NCBI GenBank assembly: GCA_020137815.1
Contig: CM035357.1
Location: 3,658,001-3,722,000 of the forward strand
Direction: 5' to 3'
DNA: 64,000 bases
Source: Hormiphora californensis
Taxonomy: Eukaryota > Animalia > Ctenophora
Shown here: positions 11,801 to 23,800 of the stretch, one piece after another
How the letters are laid out: each line of letters opens with the position of its first letter
Numbering within the stretch: the first letter of the stretch is position 1
The notes under the pieces: generated by a model
The model's database searches: none
The model's input: only the letters and a program-made list of their open reading frames with translations
Told to the model about the DNA's origin: nothing
Program-made: the position numbers and the translations under genes

Positions 11801-14800
11801 AGCTGTATTTGATGGTAGCTCTGGATTGCCAAAAATGCCAGGATTTACAGTTTATACCGATGCTGAACATGCTCTCGAGTCTATTAAAAAGGACTCCTAT
11901 GTACAACTCAGTGATGACGCCTTCTGTGGACCCCACTCCACCGGCGCAACTGTTGATGATTTACACCGGGTGGACCTGGCCGACATACCACGACACAAGT
12001 TGACACTCAAAATTGGTTGTTGTGTTCGACTGTTGTCATTAATACCCGGTGTTTCTAACGTGACTACTAATACACGTTTGACTGTTAAAAGTATTAGTCG
12101 TGATTTTGTCCAATGTTCATTTGATCGTGGTAATAAGTCTGTTTCTGTTCCTCGACAGACGTTTAACAGTGTGTGTCAATCTGTCCCGTTCTCTAGGACT
12201 CAATTCCCTTTGAAACTTGATTTCTCTTTGAGTCAAATAAGCCATTGTAGTCAACATCTTGACCCTATGATTTACCCCCTTTTATTTCCCCAAGGTGAGC
12301 AGGGGTGGACTACCGATATCCACCGACGTAACCGTGGCAAGGTTACTGAATTGGACTTTGCTCAGTATCGCACTGCTTTTAGATCTACACCATTCTCACC
12401 ATTACACTACAGTAGAAAACTGTTTCAACAGTATGTTGTAGATTGTCAGGTACGAATCGAGTCTGGCAGGTTGGGTTATTTGCGCAGTACTAAGATGCAG
12501 GATAAGTTCAGCTACCGTAAGGACACTGCTGAAGGTTATATGGAACATCACGAATCCGAGCAGATAAATCCTACTGGACTGTCTGCTGGCGTTCCCACTG
12601 TACTGCCTTCGTCCTTCACAGGAGGTAAGCGCTGGATGCAGCAACAGTACCAGGACTCAATGGCCATGACAGCCAAGTTTTCTAAACCTGATCTATTTAT
12701 CACGTTTACATGCAACCCCAAACACCCTGATATTGTAAAAAATCTCGGTAACGAGGGATTCCAGGTACAGAATGAAGATGGTACAACCTCCACTGTCCAT
12801 CGTGTGAGCAGTGACACACCCCTTACTGCGTCTGATAGGCCTGATATTGTAGCAGCCGCTTTTAACCTCCATTTAAAAGAGTTTCATGAGGACCTTAAGG
12901 TCGCTTTTGGAGAGCAGCAAGCTGTATCTGGAGTTATTGAGTTTCAAAAACGTGGCCTTCCTCACACCCACATTGCGGTTTGGCTAAAGGATGGCTACAA
13001 GTTCAGAGCTGTAGAGCATATCGATAAGTATATCAGGGCTGACATTCCTGACCCCGTTACAGAACCTGAATTACATAAAATTGTTACTACGTCTATGCTC
13101 CATGAGTGTAGTGATACAAGGTGTAAGCAAGACGGAAAGTGCTCCAAAGATTTTCCGAAAATGTTTTCCGATGTGACTACGTTTAACAATGACGGACGTG
13201 TTCAGTACAAACGTCCTGATAACGGTAGAACTGTTGTTAAGAATGGTAAAGAATTCAACAACAGCCATGTTGTTCCTTATAACCCTTACCTCCTTTACAA
13301 GTTTAATGCTCATATCAATGTTGAGGCGTGTATGTCTGTAAAGACCATTAAATACATGTTTAAATACATCCACAAGGGTTATGATTGTGCCCACATTGAA
13401 AAGTCTTCCCGTGATCAGGTTGACGAAATAAAAGAGTTTGTTGACTGCAGATATATCAGTGCTCCCGAAGCTATGTGGCGTATTAGGGAACTGTCTCTGG
13501 CCTCGAGAAGCCATGCTGTACAACGACTCGCTGTTCACCTGCCTAATCAGGAAGTTGTGTACTTCAGGGACAATGAGTTACCCGAAGATGTGTTGGATCG
13601 ACAACAAGGTACAACACTAACCCATTGGTTTTCACTAAATGCTAAGGATAGTGTTGCCCGGCAGTACCTGTACGTAGAGATACCCTATCACTATACTTAT
13701 GAGCGTGCCAAGGGCTTCACTAAGCGTAAGAATAATATCGGGGATCCTGACTCTTTGAAAATTATCCCCCGTATGTATTATGTTACCCCCCGTGACCTTG
13801 AGCGATTTTACCTTCGTTTACTTCTCCTCCGTGTGAGGGGAGCGACCTCTTTTAAAGATTTGAGAACGTATAATGATACCGTTTACTACACTTTTGAAGA
13901 GGCGTGTCGTGCCCGTGGTCTCTTGGAGTCCAATGATGAGTGGTTCAACTGTCTGGAGGAGGCCAGTGTTACTGCAATGCCTGCCCAACTCCGGTTCCTG
14001 TTTGTGACTTTATTGGCCAACTGCAACCCCCCTGAAGCCAAAGATTTGTGGGATTGGTTTCAAGATGACCTCAGTGAGGACTATGTGCATTTTCACGGTT
14101 TGACACAGCGTGAAGCTTCTCGCAGGGCACGTTATGATATGAACAACCTACTAATGAGAAATTACAGGGTACCCCTATCTAATTTTAATATTGAATCACC
14201 CGATTTTATGCCGTCTCTGGAGGCTATTGATAATAACAGCCGAGACGAGTATGACTACATGTTAGATGCTGAAGACGCTTGGGACATGCTTAACACAGAC
14301 CAGCGTTTTATTGCAGATACGCTAAAGCACGAGCTCGACTCATATGGTAATGTATGTTGTTTGGACCGACCCCGTCTATACTTCATTTACGCTTCCGGTG
14401 GCTGTGGAAAAACATTCCTGGCCAACACATTGTCTACCTACTGTAAAGGACACAGTCTTAAGTTTGGAAATTGTGCATGGACTGGGATTGCTGCCACTCT
14501 CTTGGAAGATGGGGTAACTACTCATTCCATGTTCAAGTTACCTGTTCCAATTACGTGTACGTCTGTATGCGATGTTAAACCTACCTCCAAACAGGCAGAG
14601 TATCTTCGATCTCTGAGTATGATTTTCATTGACGAGGCGTCCATGATCCCCCTTCATGCCCTTCGTGCAATAGATGTTCTCCTCCGGGACATCACTGGCA
14701 ACAGTGTTCCCTTTGGAGGCAAACTAATTGTTCTTGCAGGTGATTTTCGCCAGACCCTACCCGTGACCCCTAAATCATCTGTTAAAGGCATATTAGAGAA

Positions 14801-17800
14801 CTGTGCATTCAATTCCCCACTATGGGATCATGTGAAACCCCTGGACTTAACGGTAAATGTAAGAGCAGATCCGTCTGAACTCGAGTTTAAAGATTGGCTT
14901 TTGCAGCTTGGTGATGGTACTCTGTGTAGTACCCATCCAGATGCCACCAGGATGCAAATTGACATCCCCCCTCAGTGCAATGTAACTGATGATATTGTGA
15001 CTGCTGTTTTCCCTGACTTTTCTGTTGACAGGACCCGCTCTGTCATTGTAACACCTCTCAATCAGGATGTGAATAAGTTGAATGATAAGATTCTGAAAAT
15101 CTTTGAGCCTAACACTTCTCCCAGAGAGTACCGAAGTATTGATACAGTGATTGAGGACGACTCTAACGAAATATCTAACCTCACCACAGAGTTTCTAAAT
15201 AGTGTTAACCCCAGTGGGATGCCCGCTCACTGTCTCAAGCTGAAAAAGGGTTGCACTGTAATGTTACTTCGTAACCTTGACTCCAAATCAGGTCTTTGTA
15301 ACGGCACCCGCCTACGAGTTGAATCACTCGGTAACTCTGTTATCGAAGTTTCCGTTATCAGTGGTAACTCTAAGTTTTTAGGAAAGAAGGCATTCATACC
15401 ACGTATCAAGTTAACACCCTCTGATACCGCCTTACCTTTCAAATTGCAAAGACTTCAATTCCCTCTAAGGCTCGCCTATGCTCTAACCATTAACAAAGCT
15501 CAGGGCCAGGAGTTTGAAACTGTCGGGATTTACCTTCCCTCTCCCGTGTTTTCCCATGGGCAGTTATATGTCGCATTTTCACGTGCTAAGAGATTCAGTG
15601 GCATTCACGTGCACATTGTTAACGGACCCTTTCAGAAGGTTTCCAACGGAACCGCCCGTACTGTGAATACAGTTTATGATTTCACTGCACGCCCCAATAA
15701 AGATAAGAGTTAATTTGCCGATCTACACGAGAGACAAGTAATGTGGTCCATGCCTTTGTGGACCGTACCTGCCTTATCACACCAACGCACTGAGACAATG
15801 GTTGCAGGTTGGTTTTCCTAATTCCAGCGCTCCCTCATTCTTTCTAAGGTTTACACTGTAGGCGTTATAACGTTAATTAAACCTCCCCTTTCCAGATATT
15901 GTTGGCACCAGATAATTTTTAACGCGATTTACAGCTACCGCTGCTTCTCTTTACAACCTTTACATGGTAATGGAACGGGAAATTTGCAAAATTTCAGATT
16001 TCACAGCACCAGTTTTTCCCACCTACATTGCTCATTTGTACCTTCCCTCTCAGATAGAACATCTTGAAGTCACTACTTTAACCAGTTTATCTTTTCTTCC
16101 GGAACCACACCATTTCCTTTGTAAGTTTCGTGTCTCATTTCTTTTTCTCTGCTTTACCGCTCTATTTCAACGTTTTGTTCACTATCATCCGATTTCAGAT
16201 ATTCATCTGATTCGTAAACAACTGCCAACAGCAACCTGCGTCACCTTCTACCAGTTACACCATTTCACCGGTATTGATTTCATTTCCATCTTTTTTTGTT
16301 GGACTATAAAGTGCATGCAACCTTACATCCATTGTATTGTTACAATTTCCCTCTCAGATTGCGGCACTCGACAGTTCAACTGTGTTATCCCTGTACTACA
16401 ACAGTTCACCGTTTCATTTGTAAGTATTACACCTTTCACTACTCTTTCCCTACCCTTTCCGTATATTTTTCCACCTTCCACTCCCGTGTATTTCCAGATT
16501 CCGTTTGATCAACCAGATCCCAAGTCCAAACAGTTTCAACTTTTTACCGTTTTAACAGGTAACTTATTACTGCCAGTTCAATATCGCTAGAATTACTCCC
16601 CACGCTCCACAAATAGTTCATTGTGCTGTATCACTATATCAAGCTACCGTTCTGTATGTGCTGTGCCACTACAACAATTTCCCTCTCAGATTACAACACT
16701 TCAGTGTTCAACTATCTCATCCCTGTACTGCACCAGTTCATCGTTTCATTTGTAAGTATTACACCGTCGATCTCTCTTTCCTACCCCTTTCAGAATGTTC
16801 CACACCCATGCATTTTCAGATATTGTTTTATCAACCTGTTCCAAACTGCACATTTTCAACTTTGACCCTTTTACCGTTTTAACAGGTAAATTATTCCTTA
16901 ACAACTACTTAATCTATACCCCAGCAATTTCTCTTTTATTTTCGATATACAGTTTTAACCCTATCAGCATCCTTTTCCCCGTACAGGTCCCCCTTTTGGT
17001 CCGGATCCACTTTTACCACTCATCCTTGATAATGATAACGCTAATCTGATTTCTATCATGTAAGCGATGATCTGAACCATTCGAATTGGCCTAATTTCTA
17101 TTTTCCTCCGTTTTGTAACAACTAACAAACGTCCCTCTCTCCCCTACCCAGACGACGGAGATAGATTACCACCACTACGTCACCAACGTCACAGACAAAT
17201 GTATACTCTCCTTCTCACCTACCACTGCGGTAAAAAGCTACAATGTTTGTTTCTACTTACTCCGTTAACAACCTTTGGTATTGTTTTTAATCTGCTGTGT
17301 CTGTCTTTAGCATTGATTTATCCCTTAGGTGATTCTTCAACATCCATCTACACAGTGCATGTTTTCCACTGATTCACTCTTTTAACAGCCATGGACAAAC
17401 TTATGTCACCTTACCAGGTACTTATGTAGAACATCTTTCAAGTTCATGCTCCTGTTATCATAATGTCGTCATCTTCCTACAGCTTCTGTTTGGTCTATCG
17501 TAGTTGTAACGCGCGCGTGCAAAAGACTGAAAGAAAGCAATGTTCCAGCACTGTGCGCGCACGGGAGTTCCTACTCGGATTCATTCGTTGTCATGACGCA
17601 TTGGCCATGAGACTAGACACACCCCAGACACACCCAAGGCTACGCCCAATGTCACCGCAGTGTAACAACGACACACCCCGTGGTTATGTTACCCCATTCA
17701 GTCCCCCACACATCAAACTTTCTTTTTTTCAGGAACATCTGCATCACACTACCAAGCTATTTACTCAGAGGACTTCAGGACTATACTTTCTCTCCATTCT

Positions 17801-20800
17801 CCAAGCCAATAACGGTATCATAAATAATGAAGATGAATAAAGTGAGGATTTGAATTGACGGCCAATCGGCACTCGGATAGATTCCGTTTTGAGCATTTCG
17901 AGACTTTGTTTTAGTTTGTTTTATTCCAGCAAGTACAAGTTTTACCTATTTAACATTGAATGTTTTATTGTGTGAGGTGTGTTTTTAATTTATTTTTTAT
18001 ATATCTTGAGTGATCAGAAGAGGTTTATGATTTATCATTATGATTGTATTAATTTACCATATATTATATTGGGTGTGGTAGTCGTAATGATATTGATTTT
18101 TTTACTATTTTGACATTGAGTGTGGGTCACCACACACCAAAGTTAAAATTAAAATTAAAATTTTGATTTTAAACCCGCACACACCAGCGGCCGTTAAAAT
18201 TTCTCTCCCCATTCTAAAAGTAACGATCTCACGCACGATTTTAACGGTCGCGTTGGATGATAAAATTTTAACACGCCGTTAAAATCGCGCGCGAGATTGT
18301 TACTTTTAGAATGGGGGAGAGAAATTTTAACGGCCGCTGGTGTGTGCGGGTTTAAAATCAAAATTTTAATTTTAATTTTAACTTTGGTGTGTGGTGACCC
18401 TGTGCAGTAGTTGAACTTTTAATTTTAATATTTCTTTACCGAGCTCATTTTAATTTTGCCAATTGCCATAACACAAAGGCCAAGCTCAAACACCATGCGT
18501 ATTTATGTGACTACCGGTAATAACTAAACGTAAGAAACAATGCAATGCCATTGGTAACACTCGGCAAATAAAACACTGTTTGTATTTGTAAAAATCAAAC
18601 TGAAATGTCCTAAATTTTTACCACACGGCGAAGCCGGGTGGGGTGCTCACGCACTTAGTAGGGTGCGTGGCATATTGTATCAGCAATCTTGGGGGGCGCA
18701 ACCCTGGGTGCGCTAGTCTCTCTTATATATTGGCTTTGCCCGAGTTTTGTGAGTCTCGTAGGAGGAGAAAGAGTTGTCTGAGGGAGTTGCGTTATTAGCA
18801 ATATGTTGCATTATTTATTGTATATGTGATTGTATTTAAGGGTACATTAGTTACAACCTTTTTAAAACCGACCCATTTCAATTAGTACAACTCTACTCAG
18901 TACTCGGTGTTCCCCAATATTCTCGAGGGGTTCTCTATATTATATCTCTTCGTGCCATATTGGCAATGCTCACTCTAGGGGAACACTAGGTATCGGATAG
19001 GGAAACTCCTTATAACTCTCTATAATTGGGGACACTTAGTATCGGCAATAGGAGCTTCACGTAATGGTTGGATCTCGGCCAGTCACAAATCCTAAGGATA
19101 CTGATCGGTGTAAGGATAGGGTTCTTGCACGCTGCTAGACCAGCAAGGTTTATTGGGCTGGAAACCCCAGTCCGTAGGTTGTCGAGCACGCTCAAGGGGA
19201 GGTCTAGTTACCCTTGTAGCGCCTAAGCATTTTACAGTCCGTGCTTACGGCTCGGCTTACCCTACATTCGTATAATTTGTTGCTGAAATCTATCCTTCCG
19301 TATTAGTCTGTTCATATAAAGGGGGGGGGGGGGCTGCCGCAAGAATCTCATGCCCCATTTGCGATTTTCAGGGATTTTTCCGATTTTTTCTGAATGGAAA
19401 TGTTCCTTGTGTTCTAATACAAAAGTTAATATGAAACTATAACATGAGATACCTAATTAAGTAACTAAACGAAACTGACAAATCTTCAAAAAATCTCAAA
19501 AATCTCTTCGGCCAAAAATAGGGTAGCTGAGATTTTGCGGCAGGCTCCCCCTCCATGCCATAAGAACACATACTAACAACACTGCATGATGCATCTCTCC
19601 CTTCTAGCAGAGGATATGAAGCTGTTGTGTACTACACTAACTGTACTTTGGTTGGCATCTATCACTTCATGTACCAATGTAGCCGAAGCCTTTCATGGTC
19701 AACCGTCAGCTCCTAACAAGGCTACAATAGTACCAACCGCTCTCACCAACCAACCAACCAATCATACCAATGTAGCTACTACTGAGCCAACTACTACAAA
19801 GAGTGCTAATAACCATAAAATATATGGACGTGCGACTGAAGGCTCAACAAGTACCAATAACACCACCATTCCTGATTATTTGCCAAGCAATCTTACGTAT
19901 ATCTGTACAGCTGTTGAAGTGAATGGCTACCTGCACGAAAAATGCGAAGACACGCGAAGAAACGGGTACCGGAAATTCAAATGTCCCAGGTCAGATGAAC
20001 TTTACAACCAATCCTATCCATTTGGTAGTTGTACTTTATTTGATGTTACAAGCCGGTGTCAAAATGATCCGGGAATATATCAGGCATGTGGGCACTATGG
20101 GTGTTCAGGGTCCAGGGTGCTGAACGGAACAACTCTCCTTTGTGGAACGTTCATGTGTTCATATGATATCGGGGAACACCAATATACTGTGGCTGGAAGC
20201 TTAGTTGAAGAAAGGACTCAATGCAATGATTCTTTTTACAAGTGCGATGGAGACTTGAACATGGTAAACTGCAACAGCAATGACACGGTTTGTGATGGAA
20301 TATTTGATGCTGAATTTGGTCAGGATGAATCGTACTGTAACGGTGTGCAGTATGGTGTACAATGTGGGGACACGTGGGTAGATCCTCGCAGGATTTGTGA
20401 TGGCAAGTCAGAATGTCCCAACGGAGAAGATGAAGCTGGGTGCTTTAATTGGACCACTGCTGACCATAACACATGTATTGTGTGGACTGAACGACGTATC
20501 AAGATCCAGCAAAGTATGCGGTGCTTCACGCGAATAATAATATATTCAGTGTGTACCAATGGGCAGGATCAGACCAACTGCAGTGATCCTGATAGAGTCG
20601 CAGTTCAGTGTCTGTCAGAGGGATACCCAACAAACATTTCCATCTGGGGATACTGCCAGGGATATGAAAATCTTTGTGATGATAACTACAATAATGAGTG
20701 TTTTGAACCTGAACCAGACTGTAAAATCCACAAGGGACAAAAGTGTGATGGACATGTTGATTGTAAATCAGGGAAAGATGAAATCTGCACTAGTAAAACT

Positions 20801-23800
20801 AACATCAACTGTGTTAGAAGATTCCAGTCACAGAACGTGGAAAAAAATATCTCTCTACCAATACCGTTAGAATGGGTAATGGATGGGCAGAAGGACTGTA
20901 TCGATGGAACAGATGAAGATGAAACGCAGTGGGAAAAGTGTGGCTCGAACACTTTTACCTACTACGAAGATCTCAATTCAGACTGCGAATCGGTTCTTTT
21001 GTGCCCGTCGGAAAACAAACTCATACGACTTTCGGAACTTTGTGACAAGATTCCCACCTGTCTCTTTGAAAATGATCTCTGTGCTGCTGTCATGGATTTA
21101 GGGATGGGAGATGTTAATAACACTTCTCCTAAATACAACGGACTAAAAATACTGCCACATTGCCTCTCCAAAGGAAACGAGACATACCAATTTTCCAATT
21201 GCTCGATCAGAGAACACAAGTCCGGATACGTACCAACAGTTCTTAATGTAACGAAGCCTACAATGGTTATCCTGCCCAAAGAGAATATCAGCTGTCTAAA
21301 TCTGTTCGGAGAGAACTATGTCTACGCCGCATGTAACAACATTTGTCTGGATGCTGACTGCCCACTGATCGATGTACCTGGAGACACTTGCATAAACCGT
21401 AGCGACAGTGTCCGGGCCCTCACATGGGATAATACAGTTACAACTTTGCTGAAAATCAAAAACAGTTCATGGTATGATCAACAGATTTTTCCCTGTTTCA
21501 ATAACAAGTGTGTACAATATCAACAAGTTTGTGACCTTAAAGACGACTGCGGGGATGGTTCTGACGAGAAAAACTGTAAAAACAATTTCAAGTGTAAATC
21601 TAGTGATACATATCTGGACTTGTCACAAGTGTGCAATGGAGTAGTAAGTTGTGGAGATTACTCGGATGAGTGCCAGCCTGAATGTCCACCAAGCCACTTT
21701 AACATCTTCGAAAACAACCATCTGAGGATAGGCAGCTACATCGTGGGAACCGTGTCGACAGTGCTGAACACTGTTGCTCTTGTGAGATCAGGCTCGAAAT
21801 TAACCCACCACGAAGCATATGAAATGTTCCTGAACCAACTTGGTATAACGATGATCAACCTTGGAGACTTGTGCTTAGGAATTTATCTCATTGCCGTATC
21901 CTATTTTGACCAAATTCGTAAGGTCTCTGGAGACTATTGTCAGAAACGTTACGAATGGTACAGTTCTACGGAATGCTCCTTTCTTGGGGTTCTCAGTACC
22001 ACAGGTTCTCAACTGTCACTCTTCGCAATGACAATGTTGGCAATATGTAGAGTTACCACAGTGGGAAGAATAGTCCTTCAAGACTGTCGAACGTTCACAT
22101 CTGCGGTAAAATTAGGAATCCTAGTAGGAGGCCCAACAGTCGCAAGTCTGATGATTGCAGTAACTCCAATTCTACCGACATTCGAGGATTACTTCGTTAA
22201 CGGCCTGTATTATAAGGAATCGCCGCTGTTTTTGGGAACAGTCAGCAAGGCCCGACATTTTGAAGCTTTTAAAGTTTATTTCGGCGAAAACTCCAGTTCT
22301 TGGAGTGATGAATCACCCTGGGGAGAGATAAGATCGGCTGTGGCTGAAATGTTCTCGAGAGTCCCTAAAGGTAAAAATCCTAATTGTACCATACCATTAT
22401 ATCGTTGTTAATCTTGTTAATCCTACTGTCGGTAGAAAAGCAGGCTGCACCGTCTTTTGTACGTAACGTGCGTGTCCAGCAGCTATCGAAAGTCTGCAGC
22501 CCCCATTTCTATCCACTCAATGTACGAACGCGAACGTCCCTATTATAATAGCTAACACCGTCATAGTTATTAAATCGTTTAATATGCTGCTTGATTTCAG
22601 AAATGAGAGGAGAAAAAGTGGATTTTTACGGGAATGCTGGTGTTTGCATCTTCAAATACTTGGTAAGGACAGATGATCCACAGTGGGGCTTTTCAACCGC
22701 TGTTTTAACGATGAACTGTCTATGTTTCCTATTTATCGCCATAAGTTACATTGTCATCGGCTACATAACAAGCCGGTCAAGTAGAAATACAGGTCGTTTC
22801 GGTGGAAACAATAGGGAACTAAACGCGAAAATATTTGCCATCATCGTAACGGATTTCTTCTGCTGGATCCCTCTGGGGGTGGTGGCTTTCCTACACCTAG
22901 CAGAAGTAATCGACGCCACCAGTTGGTATCCCTATTTCTCCATCCTGATTCTGCCGATCAACTCTGTCATCAATCCCCTCCTCTACGAGTCAAACTTCTA
23001 CATGGGTCTTGCTAAGTCGGCCATCTCGTTCTTGGTGGCTTCTGCTAGGAAGATCTGTCCCACCCTGCAGACTGCAGCAACATCAGCCACAGAATACAGA
23101 AGAGAGGACATGGCAGAAACTAGCTTATAAATCAAAAACAACCAATCAGAGCTCGTTATTTAGGTCACGTGACTGGTTATCAGCCAATCAGGGACCAGTA
23201 GGGGGGACCAGTATTTCCTGGCAGAAACTAGCTTATAAATCAAGGAACTTCAAACTCTGTGTGTGTGGTGACTTTGGACCCACAAAAAATTAACTGTGTA
23301 CTAAAACAGTCGTATAGAACTCAATACTCGGACAATCTAGGGTCTTCATATCTTGATATCATGATGAACTATAACAGTACACACATCTATTACACGTGTT
23401 ATAATAGCCGTGTGTGATCTTGATCTTTATAATCAGTGTTGTTGTATGATATGTAGTGTAGTATTGTGAGTAATTCAGTTGCGAGTAATTTAATTCAGTT
23501 TTCTTTCTGAGTTTTTGAAAGTCTCAAAAGTCTCTGGTTTGCGTGCCTAGTGCCTATGAAATTAACGAATGGCGTCCACGTCAGAAAAAAAACACGTGCA
23601 TGACCTAACACGGTCGCTTGTAGTGGGAAAACGGTAATGGAAAACTGAGATACAGTAAGACGACACACAACCGTGACCAATCAGGGCGCTAGTACGTGCT
23701 GAACACATGCACTTTTTGCCACGCGTTATGCAACGTGCGTGTCTCATTACTGTATTTCTATTACGGTAATACGACTACAAGCAGCACTGTTAGGGTGAAT

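Larger units (their letters stand above)
8241..18716 (+). mobile_element. Autonomous Helitron, about 10.5 kb; 5' end approximate
   Basis: Contains the Rep/Hel ORF. 3' hairpins (cacacggc-gaa-gccgggtg at ~18622; gcgca..tgcgc at ~18696) are followed by CTAG at 18713-18716. The 5' end is placed by similarity of 8241-8354 and 9428-9630 to the TC-starting copy at 18717. Confidence 0.75.

Noticed and set aside
15964-16590. 208-aa ORF as a second Helitron gene
   Set aside because: Low-complexity pyrimidine-rich sequence overlapping a duplication, with no recognisable domain.
19616-23130. LDLa-GPCR as captured Helitron cargo
   Set aside because: It lies outside both CTAG ends, and I found no downstream hairpin-CTAG terminus.
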